64,000 bases of DNA from Dehalococcoidia bacterium (GTDB taxonomy: Bacteria; Chloroflexota; Dehalococcoidia; Lucifugimonadales; UBA3495), in contig OY761541.1 in NCBI GenBank assembly GCA_963664625.1, forward strand, positions 2,736,174-2,800,173. Direction: 5' to 3'. Under the pieces are notes generated by a model. It did no database searches. It saw only the letters and a list, made by a program, of their open reading frames with translations, and was not told the origin of the DNA. The translations under genes and the position numbers were made by a program. This document shows positions 11,239-24,184 of the stretch, piece after piece. Within the stretch, counting starts at the first letter, position 1, and every line of letters begins with the position of its first letter.

Positions 11239-11628
11239 CTATCTCGTGCCCATGATCAGGGTATTGTCGCTTTCGTTTGACCAGTTGACCAAGTCGGTCG
11301 GGGCACCCCGCCTCGCACCGTCGATCCAGTTGCCCGCGCCCCGTTCATCTACGCACATGCCGCAGTTGATCCAGTCCACCTTGCCGGTGGCCAGCAGGCC
11401 GGCCACGAAGTTGGCGGTGGTGGGGTGGTCCTGTTCCTCTACTGAGGTGCCTTTGACCGGGTTGGGATGGGGGGCCTGGTCCTTAATGGTCAGGCTTACC
11501 GCGCCCTCGTAAGCGAAGACGTTGACGCTGTGGCCCTTCCTGACCGCCGCGTCGACGATACGCATGGCCGTGGTCGTGGTGCCCGATTCGTAAGGTGAGT
11601 CCATCAATGCGATCGTTAGCTTTGCCAC
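11239..11628 (-). CDS. DsrE/TusD-like protein with CxxC
   Basis: DSPYES, VNVFAYEGAV, WINCGMCVDERG. Confidence 0.8.
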   Translation of the reverse strand: MAKLTIALMDSPYESGTTTTAMRIVDAAVRKGHSVNVFAYEGAVSLTIKDQAPHPNPVKGTSVEEQDHPTTANFVAGLLATGKVDWINCGMCVDERGAGNWIDGARRGAPTDLVNWSNESDNTLIMGTR

Positions 11629-11657
11629 TATGCTCTCCTTGAATTTGACTGTCTTGA

Positions 11658-11993
11658 CTAATGCCAGACGATCTTGGTGTCTTTGTCCACCAGCCTGTCC
11701 ACCAGATTGTCTATGTTGGATACCGATACACCTTCTTCGAGGTTCCCTGCGGAAATGCCTCTTTCCCGAAGGGAGAAATCGTCGGCTTCCACGGTCACCG
11801 AGGGGGCGCCGTTGCGCAGGCTTATAACCGGGTTGTCTTTGACGTTTTTCCGGGCGCAGAACACGCCGTTCTGAATGAGGAACAGGGTTACGTTGTTCCC
11901 TCGTTCCGCCAAGTCCCCGGCTAGGTCATACATATAAGTGGTGTCGGCATATTCGAAGGGGTCCCGGGACTCTATCAACAGGTATGCGGCCAA
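11658..11993 (-). CDS. DsrE/DsrH-like family protein
   Basis: VTLFLIQNGV, ADDFSLRERGI; TTG start with SD aggagg. Confidence 0.75.
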   Translation of the reverse strand: MAAYLLIESRDPFEYADTTYMYDLAGDLAERGNNVTLFLIQNGVFCARKNVKDNPVISLRNGAPSVTVEADDFSLRERGISAGNLEEGVSVSNIDNLVDRLVDKDTKIVWH

Positions 11994-12094
11994 TTTTCAC
12001 CTCCTGGCAACGGGAGAAGCCGGCAAGGCAGGGCTGCCGCAGTCGCGTAACCGATGCCTTGGACCAGCCTTTTGATGGGATCGACTTAGGCCCA

Positions 12095-12123
12095 ATGCTA
12101 ACGTTGGGGGATTCGCGTGTCAA
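12095..12123 (-). promoter_or_regulatory. Sigma70-type promoter of the DsrE-like operon
   Basis: TTGACA-17 nt-TAGCAT on minus strand. Confidence 0.7.
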
Positions 12124-12209
12124 CCAAAGATTTACGGCCTGGTACAACACTTTCCGAGCGTTGTTCACGGTATGCGAGCTCCGGCGGCCCCCCAACCGTT
12201 AATACATCC

Positions 12210-12258
12210 GTCACAAACTCGCAATTACAACGTAACAATCCGGCAATCCCGGCGTAAC
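12210..12258 (+). promoter_or_regulatory. Phased GlnR/OmpR-type box array 1
   Basis: GTCAC-n6-GCAAT-n6-GTAAC-n6-GCAAT-n6-GTAAC (11-bp period) upstream of glutamine synthetases. Confidence 0.65.
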
Positions 12259-12350
12259 AGGTCTGCCATAGAGTAGAGCATATTCTGTATCCAGAGGCGT
12301 GAAATGCTGCGCCGTGTATTGCTTATCCTGCGGACCAAGCCGTGGAATCT

Positions 12351-12399
12351 GTAACAAAGAGTTTACGAGTTTGCAAATTGTCTGTAACACCGTCGCACA
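12351..12399 (+). promoter_or_regulatory. Phased GlnR/OmpR-type box array 2
   Basis: GTAAC-n6-TTTAC-n6-GCAAA-n6-GTAAC-n6-GCACA. Confidence 0.55.
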
Positions 12400-12444
12400 A
12401 TAATCGCGCGCAATGATTGTTCAAGGGCTGCTAAGGAGGAAAGC

Positions 12445-12513
12445 ATGGACTTCCTCTTTCCCGGAACGCCAATCTGGTCGGGAAAGTTATTCCAAAGGAC
12501 TATCTTGGGATAG
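12445..12513 (+). CDS. Candidate 22-aa leader/small peptide MDFLFPGTPIWSGKLFQRTILG
   Basis: SD AAGGAGG 6 nt before ATG 12445, TAG at 12511-12513. Confidence 0.4.
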   Translation: MDFLFPGTPIWSGKLFQRTILG

Positions 12514-12577
12514 CCGGAAACCCTTACAATTATGTATAGTAATAGGTGTGCTCAATACCATTGGAGGGTTAAGGACA

Positions 12578-13591
12578 ATGGCAGAATTCTACAAGGCGGA
12601 ATATATCTGGGTAGACGGACAACAGCCCACGGCCAAGCTGCGCTCCAAAGGCAAGATCGTTCCGGTGGGCGAGGAGCCGCCCGAATGGGGGTTTGACGGT
12701 TCCAGCACCGGACAGGCCCCGGGCGAAAACTCCGACTGCGTTTTGAATCCGGTCTTTGTATGTCCCGATCCGGTGCGCGGCGGGAACAACAAGCTGGTCA
12801 TGTGCGAAGTTTTGCTGACCGATATGTCGCCTCATCCGTCCAACACCAGGGCCGCCTGCGCCGCCGCCGCGGAAAAGTACGCCGACTTGGACTACTGGTT
12901 TGGCATCGAGCAGGAGTACACTTTCTTTGAAGGTATAAAGCCACTGGGTTGGCCTAACAACGGTTTTCCGGCGCCCCAGGGCGGTTACTACTGCGGCGTG
13001 GGCATCGACGAGGTCTTTGGCCGACCCATTGTAGAGGCGCACATGGATGCCTGCCTGGACGCGGGACTGGCGATTTCCGGCATCAACGGGGAAGTAATGC
13101 CGGCCCAGTGGGAGTTCCAGATCGGACCCATGGGATCGCCTCTTGTCGCCGACCACCTGTGGGTAGCCCGGTGGTTGCTTTACCGCATAGGCGAGGACCT
13201 GGGAGCCAGCGCGACTTTGGACCCCAAGCCGGTGAAGGGCGACTGGAACGGCGCCGGGGCGCATACTAACTTCTCGACCAACACAATGCGGGAGAGCTAT
13301 GAGGCCTGCGTTGCTGCGGCGGAAGCCCTGAGGACGCGCCACGACCTGCATATCGCCAACTACGGGGCCCGCATAGAAGAGCGGCTTACCGGTCTCCATG
13401 AGACCTGCTCCTACCGCGAGTTCCGCTATGGCGTCTCCGACCGGGGAGCTTCGGTGCGGATTCCGTGGCAGGTTCACCGCGACGGCAAGGGCTACATCGA
13501 AGACCGCCGGCCCAACGCCAACTGCGACCCCTACGTGGTGACCCGGTTGATAATGGAAACGGTATCGGAAGCGGCGTTGGCCGCCGCTTAA
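12578..13591 (+). CDS. glnII: Glutamine synthetase type II
   Basis: AEYIWVDG, WGFDGSST, GINGEVMPAQWEFQIG, GDWNGAGAHTNFS, YIEDRRP; about 337 aa. Confidence 0.95.
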   Translation: MAEFYKAEYIWVDGQQPTAKLRSKGKIVPVGEEPPEWGFDGSSTGQAPGENSDCVLNPVFVCPDPVRGGNNKLVMCEVLLTDMSPHPSNTRAACAAAAEKYADLDYWFGIEQEYTFFEGIKPLGWPNNGFPAPQGGYYCGVGIDEVFGRPIVEAHMDACLDAGLAISGINGEVMPAQWEFQIGPMGSPLVADHLWVARWLLYRIGEDLGASATLDPKPVKGDWNGAGAHTNFSTNTMRESYEACVAAAEALRTRHDLHIANYGARIEERLTGLHETCSYREFRYGVSDRGASVRIPWQVHRDGKGYIEDRRPNANCDPYVVTRLIMETVSEAALAAA

Positions 13592-13615
13592 CGAATCTAC
13601 GGCAGGTTGCCGATT

Positions 13616-13657
13616 GCGACGCCGGTCTCAGGAATGAGGACCGGCGTCGCTCTTTTT
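13616..13657 (+). terminator. Rho-independent terminator after glnII
   Basis: gcgacgccggtc...gaccggcgtcgc stem followed by tcttttt. Confidence 0.8.
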
Positions 13658-13727
13658 CGCGGCTTTCAATTTGCAGGGATAACGAATACAGTTGGTGTAT
13701 GCGGGAGTTCAATCTGGAGGCTGGTTG

Positions 13728-15065
13728 ATGAGCCAGGACTGGGTTGCCGAGCGGGACTTCGTTATAAGGAACGCCAGGGAGAACGACGTGAAGTTCGTGC
13801 GCCTCTGGTTCAGCGACATTCTGGGCAACCTGAAGGGTTTTGCCATTAACGTTGAGGACTTGGAGGATGCCATTGAACAGGGCGTGGGGTTCGACGGGGC
13901 GGTAATCGAGGGATTCGCCCGGAGCAATGAGAGCGATATGAGGGCCTTTCCCGATCCCTCCACTTTTCAACTCCTGCCTTGGCGGCCGCGGCAAAACGCC
14001 GTGGCCAGGATGTTTTGCGATATCCGCACTCCGAGGGGCGATCCGTTTGTCGGGGACCCGCGTTTCGTTCTCAAGCGCAACTTGGAGCGCCTGTCACGTT
14101 TGGGGTTCACCTACTACGTGGGGCCGGAACTGGAGTTTTTCTACTTGAAGAACGCGGATACTCCCGAGCCCCTGGATGACAGTGGCTACTTCGACCAACT
14201 CTCCGGCCCGTCCTCCGCCGATTTGCGGCGCGACACCGTATTGAACCTGGCGGAAATGGGGATTCCGGTCAAATACTCTCACCATGAGGCCGCCCGGGGC
14301 CAGCATGAAATCGACCTGCAATACACCGACGCGCTCACCATGGCCGACTCGGTGATGACCGCCAAGTTGGTAGTCAAGGAGTTGGCCCTGCTGCAGGGGG
14401 CTTACGCTTCTTTTATGCCCAAGCCGATAACCGGCATGAACGGCTCAGGTATGCACACCCACCAATCGTTGTTCCAAGGTAACAGGAACGCGTTCCACGA
14501 CGAGGATGATGAGCATCACTTGTCATTGACAGGGAAACGTTTCATCGCCGGACTGGTCAGGCACGCGCCGGAGATAACCTTGGTAACCAACCAGTGGGTA
14601 AACTCCTACAAGCGGTTGGTGCCGGGATTCGAAGCGCCGGTGTACATCTCCTGGGCCCACATAAACAGGTCCGACCTGATTCGCGTGCCTGCTTACAAGC
14701 CCGGGTACGAAAGCTCGGTGAGAGTGGAGTATCGCGCACCGGACCCGGCCTGCAACCCTTATCTTGCCTTCAGCGCCATGCTGGCGGCGGGACTCAAGGG
14801 AATCGAGGAGGAGTACCCGGTGCCGCCGCCGGTGGAGGGCAACGTGTTCGCCATGTCGGCTGAGGAGCGTGAGTCTCGAAACATCAAGACCTTGCCATCC
14901 AGCTTGGGATCGGCCATTGCGGTTGCCGAGGACAGCGACCTGCTGCGTGAAGCACTGGGAGAGTACACCCTCAACAGCTTCATCAGGAACAAGAAGATCG
15001 AGTGGGAGGAATACCGGGCAACGGTGACCGACTACGAAGTATCGCGGTATTTGTCCGTGCTTTAG
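13728..15065 (+). CDS. glnA: Glutamine synthetase type I family protein
   Basis: FVRLWFSDILG, HHEAARGQHEI, FMPKP, NGSGMHTH, VEYRAPDP. Confidence 0.9.
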   Translation: MSQDWVAERDFVIRNARENDVKFVRLWFSDILGNLKGFAINVEDLEDAIEQGVGFDGAVIEGFARSNESDMRAFPDPSTFQLLPWRPRQNAVARMFCDIRTPRGDPFVGDPRFVLKRNLERLSRLGFTYYVGPELEFFYLKNADTPEPLDDSGYFDQLSGPSSADLRRDTVLNLAEMGIPVKYSHHEAARGQHEIDLQYTDALTMADSVMTAKLVVKELALLQGAYASFMPKPITGMNGSGMHTHQSLFQGNRNAFHDEDDEHHLSLTGKRFIAGLVRHAPEITLVTNQWVNSYKRLVPGFEAPVYISWAHINRSDLIRVPAYKPGYESSVRVEYRAPDPACNPYLAFSAMLAAGLKGIEEEYPVPPPVEGNVFAMSAEERESRNIKTLPSSLGSAIAVAEDSDLLREALGEYTLNSFIRNKKIEWEEYRATVTDYEVSRYLSVL

Positions 15066-16042
15066 CTGACTTGGACCGCGCGGCCCGTCTCCATTGACTC
15101 GTAGGCTTTCAAGACTACCGTCACGTCCGCCAGCCCTTCGGCCCCCGACGTTTCGGGAGGACGGCCTTCCGCAATGCTGGCGTAGAACTCCAACGACATC
15201 GGCTTCAGGCCGTAGTGGTCCGGCTCCAACGCCAGCCTTTGCTCGCTCCGTCCGTCGTCGAGAAGCAACTCTGAGGAACCCATTTGGTAATAAATGCGGC
15301 CCGAGGTGCCGGTAACCGATAGCCACATTGGCTGGGGCCGGGCGGTCCGCGCCCAGCAATGGGTGATGATTCCGGTTACACCGTTGGCGGTGCGGGCAAT
15401 CATCGCCAACCCGTCCTCCGCGTTTATACCAGGTTGCGCCGATGGAACTTGCGAGGCGTAGACCGTTATTGGTTCTCCGGCCAAGTAGCGGAACAGGTCC
15501 ACCTTGTGAATACCGCCGTCCATGAACGTGCCGCCGCCGTTGAGATCGTGATCGTTTCGCCAGTCGGCAGGCCTGAATTCAGCCTCTTCCTGTAGTTGCA
15601 CCAACCGCACGCCGCCGATACGACCGGAGTCTATCAATTCCTTGGCCAATCGGACGCCGGACATGAAGCGGTAGTTTTCAGCAACCATGAGGGTTATGCC
15701 CGCTTGGTCAGCCGCCCGTATCAACTCGGCGGCTTCGCTCTGCGAACGGGCCAAGGGTTTTTCCACCAATATGTGCTTACCGGCGGCGGCCACCAGGGAC
15801 CCGTGCTCAAGATGCAGGTAATGGGGCGTGCAGATGTACATGGCGTCCACACGGGGATCGGCGGCAGCGGACTCGTATGAGCCGAAATGGCCGATGCCGT
15901 TGAACTGCGCCGCATAGTCCGCTGCCTTCCGGGAGTCGCGGCTGGCGAACATCAACTGCACCTGATCTGGTATGGACTGCATGGCCCGGGCGAAGGTCCG
16001 CGCGAAATCTCCACAACCGACTACGCATAACGACAGGACCAT
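15062..16042 (-). CDS. Gfo/Idh/MocA family oxidoreductase
   Basis: VVGCG, ICTP, GKHILVEKP, DGGIH. Confidence 0.92.
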   Translation of the reverse strand: MVLSLCVVGCGDFARTFARAMQSIPDQVQLMFASRDSRKAADYAAQFNGIGHFGSYESAAADPRVDAMYICTPHYLHLEHGSLVAAAGKHILVEKPLARSQSEAAELIRAADQAGITLMVAENYRFMSGVRLAKELIDSGRIGGVRLVQLQEEAEFRPADWRNDHDLNGGGTFMDGGIHKVDLFRYLAGEPITVYASQVPSAQPGINAEDGLAMIARTANGVTGIITHCWARTARPQPMWLSVTGTSGRIYYQMGSSELLLDDGRSEQRLALEPDHYGLKPMSLEFYASIAEGRPPETSGAEGLADVTVVLKAYESMETGRAVQVS

Positions 16043-16069
16043 CGTTCGGCCTCGCTTGGGAAGTATTTA

Positions 16070-18043
16070 TCAGGGTTGGGAGTTCCCCGGCGGTTCGAAG
16101 GTCAGAGTGTAGTCGGCCCGTTGACGGGTCTTTGGAGCCAATGCCGCTACCGCTACCACCAACTGCTCCAGGTCCTCGGGCCGTTCGATTGTAAACTGGC
16201 CCTCGTTGTTTCCATCCAAGGCAACGGTCGTTACGCGGGGTTTGGCAGTCACCTCTATCACCTGGACGATGTAGTCCTGCGGGACTATGTTGTTGGTGAG
16301 GACGAATCCCCGCGGTTGCCAACCGTCGATGGATTGAGGGGGGCCATCGCTCATCACAGTGGCTTGGCGCAGGCATAAGCCGATTCCGTTGACCGCATCA
16401 TCGGTGACGTACTGGAACCGCAGCAGCACCTGCTTCCCGGCAAACTCGCTCAGGTCTACCGATTCTGTGACCCAACCCATGCTTTTCCCAGTATAGCCCA
16501 CTCCGAAGTTCTTGCCGAACGGGTCCTTTGCCGTGGTCCCGGGGGCGTCCAGAATTGACCACTTGGCGCCGCCGTCCAACGACGCCGCCAGGTATACGAA
16601 GTCCCAGCCATCCTCGATGTCATACCACATTTGATAGGAAAGAGCGGCACGGCTTAGGCCTTTCAAGTCCAGAGAGGCGGTCAACGTGGAGTTTATGGAG
16701 TCTCCCGAATTGCTCCACCAGCAGCCATTGGGACCTGTTTCCGCGGGCAGCAGGGAGTTTTCGGCCTGACCCTGAAATTTTAACCGGAGTGGGCCGGGAA
16801 AGTCACTGAGGTCGAGGTATTGCACCGAATACTGGGGGATGCTTGATTCGTATTCGGACGAATCGGCGGCGATCTTCCGGACCCTGGGCTTGGTTTGCAG
16901 GACCGCGTACCCATATTTTCCTTGAGGTAGGCCCAGCAAATTGGCCACGACCCAGTCTTTGAACACGTCGCGGAAGACGGCGTCATAGCCCGCGTTCCTC
17001 AGGTAAGCCGTAACTCCCGCGGCGCCGTTCTCCGGTTGCTCCATCAAGTCCTGCGGGCCATTCCTCGAAGGGTAATGTTCGAGGAGGTAGTGGACAAACA
17101 GCGACGCGCCGCCGTAATTGGCCACTGACGAGCCGCCGCCGTAGGGCCAGTGGACCAAGGACACCGGGCCGGTTTTCAGGAATTGGCGGGTAGCCATCAG
17201 GGGCTTGCCGATGGCGGTAATGGCGTACTCAGCCAAGCCTTCGTTGACCCAGACCACTTCCGTGGGGTCGTGGCGCCAGTGGATGGCATGGGACAGTTCG
17301 TGGGCCAGGACATCCTGGTAAGAGGGGCTGCCGGGAGGTATGGCGACAGCGTTTATGTATATGATCTCACGATGGTTGCTCAAGGGAGCGACGATGGGCG
17401 GCTTCGCGTCGTCCGATGAGAAATAGCCTCCCGCTCCTCGAAGGTCTGCGTTCAGGATGGTCAGCCGCGGGCCGCCGTTCTCGCCGGTGTACCGGTTTTT
17501 ACCGAAGGCGTCGACAACCCGTGGGTAGACCTCTTCTTCGAAGTATATCCCCGCTTGGGCCAAGTCGGCTTGAGGCACATCCAAGCCGGTTTGCACGTAC
17601 CAATTGGCGTGTTCGGTGATTAACCGGAGTTCGAACTCCGGCCGGTGGGCTTCTTCAGCCGCCAGGTCTATCAACCAGAAGGTCTCCAGGTCGCCGACCC
17701 GGTTTTGGTCGACCGGTTGGGTTGCGGCTTTTATCTCTTCCCAAGTGAGTCCGGGCACCAACTCGACGGCAATGCTGGCCAAGTCCGCGTCGGGCGGGAC
17801 GGTGCGGACGTCTCCGAAAGGGGCTTTGCTGATAACCGGAGTCGGGTCCTCATCCCCTGACTCTGCGTCCACGGGCGTGGCCGGCATCGACCCTTCGGTA
17901 GTAGGCTCTGGCGGGGTTGTCGGATTGGTCAGGGCGCCGGGTCGGGTGGACGGTACATCGGGAACCGTCTCCGGACCCTCGCCGGAACAGGCGATTGCGC
18001 CGGCGATCAGCAGGAATAGGAAGAGGAGGAGAAAGCGATCCAT
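16070..18043 (-). CDS. Lipoprotein zinc metallopeptidase (immune inhibitor A/M6-like C-terminal domains)
   Basis: Lipobox AIAC, low-complexity linker, AHELSH...WVNEGLAE, WYDIEDGWDF, LRFQYVTD. Confidence 0.8.
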   Translation of the reverse strand: MDRFLLLFLFLLIAGAIACSGEGPETVPDVPSTRPGALTNPTTPPEPTTEGSMPATPVDAESGDEDPTPVISKAPFGDVRTVPPDADLASIAVELVPGLTWEEIKAATQPVDQNRVGDLETFWLIDLAAEEAHRPEFELRLITEHANWYVQTGLDVPQADLAQAGIYFEEEVYPRVVDAFGKNRYTGENGGPRLTILNADLRGAGGYFSSDDAKPPIVAPLSNHREIIYINAVAIPPGSPSYQDVLAHELSHAIHWRHDPTEVVWVNEGLAEYAITAIGKPLMATRQFLKTGPVSLVHWPYGGGSSVANYGGASLFVHYLLEHYPSRNGPQDLMEQPENGAAGVTAYLRNAGYDAVFRDVFKDWVVANLLGLPQGKYGYAVLQTKPRVRKIAADSSEYESSIPQYSVQYLDLSDFPGPLRLKFQGQAENSLLPAETGPNGCWWSNSGDSINSTLTASLDLKGLSRAALSYQMWYDIEDGWDFVYLAASLDGGAKWSILDAPGTTAKDPFGKNFGVGYTGKSMGWVTESVDLSEFAGKQVLLRFQYVTDDAVNGIGLCLRQATVMSDGPPQSIDGWQPRGFVLTNNIVPQDYIVQVIEVTAKPRVTTVALDGNNEGQFTIERPEDLEQLVVAVAALAPKTRQRADYTLTFEPPGNSQP

Positions 18044-18114
18044 TTGCTTAACCGAAGGGATGGTTAAGGTCAATAATCGTGTAGCGGAGAAGCCAAGCCA
18101 AACGGTTGATTTGA

Positions 18115-18705
18115 CTATTCCGGCGCCCTGTTGAAACGGTTCATGGCCGCGTCGATACCTTCTTCCATCATGCAGTTGATGGCTTCGATTACCCGGGCCT
18201 CGGCATCGTCGATTACCTTGGCCTCATCTTCCGAGAAGCGGCCCAATACGTGGGACACCCAGTCCTCTCCTGGGGCGGGCGGGCCAATTCCAATGCGAAT
18301 CCTGGGGAAGTTCTGAGTATGAATCGTTGATATGATGGAGCGGATGCCGTTATGTCCGCCATCGCTGCCCGATGGTCTTATGCGCAGCCTCCCGACGTCC
18401 AGTTCCATGTCATCGTAAACGATGACCAACTCTTGAGGCTTGACGCCGAACCGGGCCATCAGATACTCGATACATTCCCCGCTGTTGTTGACGAAGGTGC
18501 GAGGCTTGGCAAGCACCACCGGCTGCCCGCTGCGGTGTCCCTGCCCCAATACCGCTTTGGCGCGCTTGTCGGACTGGCGGATTCCCCATATCTCGCCCAG
18601 CTTGTCTACAAAACGAAACCCCAGGTTGTGGCGCGTGCCCTGGTAGCGGGCACCGGGGTTGCCCAAACCAACGATGACAAGCATTGGGGTGCGGGACTCG
18701 GTCAA
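18115..18705 (-). CDS. pth: Peptidyl-tRNA hydrolase
   Basis: IVGLGNPG, TRHNLGF, KPRTFVNNSG, GGHNG. Confidence 0.97.
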   Translation of the reverse strand: MTESRTPMLVIVGLGNPGARYQGTRHNLGFRFVDKLGEIWGIRQSDKRAKAVLGQGHRSGQPVVLAKPRTFVNNSGECIEYLMARFGVKPQELVIVYDDMELDVGRLRIRPSGSDGGHNGIRSIISTIHTQNFPRIRIGIGPPAPGEDWVSHVLGRFSEDEAKVIDDAEARVIEAINCMMEEGIDAAMNRFNRAPE

Positions 18706-18898
18706 TTGACCGGCTCCGTTGAACGCTGGTCCAACATGGCGAGGAAGGCGTCTTCATCAAGCACTTCCGTCCCCAGACGGTTGGCAGTGTCGAGCTTGGA
18801 GCCGGCGGACTCGCCCGCCACCAAGTAGGTCGTCTTGCGGGTTACCGAAGAGGTTACGGAGCCGCCCATAGCCTTGATTCGCGCCTCGGCTTCGCGTG
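18702..18898 (-). pseudogene. Displaced native 3' end of ligA (partial BRCT), in frame with an AT-rich ORF starting up to 19028
   Basis: [28 protein letters not shown]...DEDAFLAML duplicates the BRCT end of ligA at 20530-20690; host-like GC; overlaps pth start. Confidence 0.85.
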
Positions 18899-19120
18899 AG
18901 TCTTTGTTTCGCATATACTGATTAAATACTGTTATAGCAGCATCCATGTATTGAAACGTGGTGCCCCCAGCTTCCGTAATCTTGATGTTTCCCTCCGTAT
19001 TCTGTGGTGGTTTCGACGCAGAATGCAAGCAGGGCTAACATCAGACTTACATTTGCTTGGGCAACGCTTTATTCTTGGGAATTATATACAGTCTTACACA
19101 GGTCGTATTTTGGAGGGTAG

Positions 19121-19564
19121 ATGTCGAATATCATATCAATACATGAAGTGCCATCTCAGTCTAATCCTCGCAACACCTATACTGTCACGATTTATGACAC
19201 GCATGCGTCCTGTTCGTGCCCTGCGTGGAAGAAATCGACATTGTCCACAAAAGAACGCGTTTGCAAGCATGTGGAGAGCATAACGGGTGAGTTGCGAAAA
19301 GGTGACGCAAAACTCACTGATGCGGAATCAGCATGGGTAATACGAAAACTGCTTGGCACGACTGAGAAGAATTTCCGATCTATGGCTGATGCGGTTGAAT
19401 GGGAACTTTTGCACGATGATTCTCTGTCCAGATACGAGCAAATGTTGGCAAGCAACGTCATTGAAACTTTACGAGGAGGACGGAGATGGGACGATGATGA
19501 GCCTCCGGGACCGGACGCACAACAAGCGTTAAGTCTTATCCTAAGAGCACTGAAAAAAGAGTAG
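19121..19564 (+). CDS. SWIM zinc-finger protein
   Basis: YTV...CSCPAW...CKHV; SD ggagg; AT-rich. Confidence 0.8.
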   Translation: MSNIISIHEVPSQSNPRNTYTVTIYDTHASCSCPAWKKSTLSTKERVCKHVESITGELRKGDAKLTDAESAWVIRKLLGTTEKNFRSMADAVEWELLHDDSLSRYEQMLASNVIETLRGGRRWDDDEPPGPDAQQALSLILRALKKE

Positions 19565-19566
19565 AC

Positions 19567-19702
19567 CTTATCGGCAGATGCCCTAAATCTCTCCCAATCT
19601 TGTCTATGCAACGGGACTCCCAAGTTGTGGCGTGTCCCTCGTAGCAGGCTCCGGATTGCCCAAGCCAACGATGGCAAGCATTGGAGTGCGGGATTCGGTC
19701 AA
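19567..19702 (-). pseudogene. Degenerate duplicate of the pth 5' end
   Basis: Aligns by eye to 18565-18705 (ttgaccgaatcccgcactccaatgcttgccatcgttggcttgggcaatccgg...gccacaacttggg) with indels. Confidence 0.85.
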
Positions 19703-20160
19703 TTGACCAGCTCCGCTGTGCGTTGGTTCAACATTCGTTCCCAGTATTGCTCGGCGAAATTCTTGAAGTCCTCTTCACTGGCGTAATGGTCATGGGGAAC
19801 ATAACGCCAATCCCATTGTGGAACTTCATACCATTCGCTTTTTGTCTTATTCCATTGCCAATCGGTGATCTGAACGTGAACAAACAAGTCTCTCTGTCGA
19901 GTTGGGGTCCCCATGATGGTTGGGAAAAACATTTCTCGTTCGATGAGACGGAAAGCACATAGCTCATCTTCACGCTGACTCAATACCCCACGATACCTAT
20001 ACTTCAAGGGACCCGTCGCCACGCCTGTGAACGCAGAGACCTCTTTCCATCCACGCATTGTCGGATGTGGATATGCGAAAGTAGAGTTTGAATTTCCCGC
20101 TGTTTTCGGGATGTCGACCTTATGTTCTCCAATAGGGAACCATTGTATATTTTTGGGCAT
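19699..20160 (-). CDS. Hypothetical protein ending in a LigA-like tail
   Basis: 153-aa Trp-rich ORF; C-terminus MLNQRTAELVN matches MLDQRSTEPVN at 18702. Confidence 0.6.
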   Translation of the reverse strand: MPKNIQWFPIGEHKVDIPKTAGNSNSTFAYPHPTMRGWKEVSAFTGVATGPLKYRYRGVLSQREDELCAFRLIEREMFFPTIMGTPTRQRDLFVHVQITDWQWNKTKSEWYEVPQWDWRYVPHDHYASEEDFKNFAEQYWERMLNQRTAELVN

Positions 20161-20183
20161 TGTTCGGTTCTCGTATGATTAAG

Positions 20184-23729
<3,546 letters not shown>

Positions 23730-23755
23730 GTCAGGTGAAAGTTTGAAACCTTCCG

Positions 23756-24184
23756 TCAGGGTCTGCCGAGATCGAAAAGGGACTGTCGCAGGAACGGCAC
23801 AAAGTCCAAGTATTCGTTCCAAGTCCGTTCTCGGAAGTCATACCACTCCTCGATATCTTTCGCCGTCAGCAGCAGCCCACCGCTGACTGCATGTTTGAAG
23901 CCTATGCTGGTATAGTTCAGGACTTTCACGTCAACCGGGTAATGGACCAGTCGCTCCAGAACGGTGTCAAGCTTGAATTCGTAATTAAGAATCTTATGTT
24001 TGGGCACCTGTGCCGGGTTTACCCAGACACCGATGTCAATGTCCCGGAATCCAAGGTGAGGGTCATTGAAACTGCCGTGCAGGGAAGCGAATCGGATCTC
24101 CGTTCGTGCTGTCAACGGCGGCTCCAGGTTTTCGATGATGTCCGCCTTGGCGTCTGCGGACAATTTGAAAAGCCGACTCATCAT
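23756..24184 (-). CDS. Minimal nucleotidyltransferase (MntA-like antitoxin)
   Basis: HGSF...DIDIG, VDVKVLN. Confidence 0.85.
   Translation of the reverse strand: MMSRLFKLSADAKADIIENLEPPLTARTEIRFASLHGSFNDPHLGFRDIDIGVWVNPAQVPKHKILNYEFKLDTVLERLVHYPVDVKVLNYTSIGFKHAVSGGLLLTAKDIEEWYDFRERTWNEYLDFVPFLRQSLFDLGRP

Noticed and set aside
12131-12168. Third phased box array on the minus strand
   Set aside because: Spacing is 10-12 bp and matches are weak; not counted
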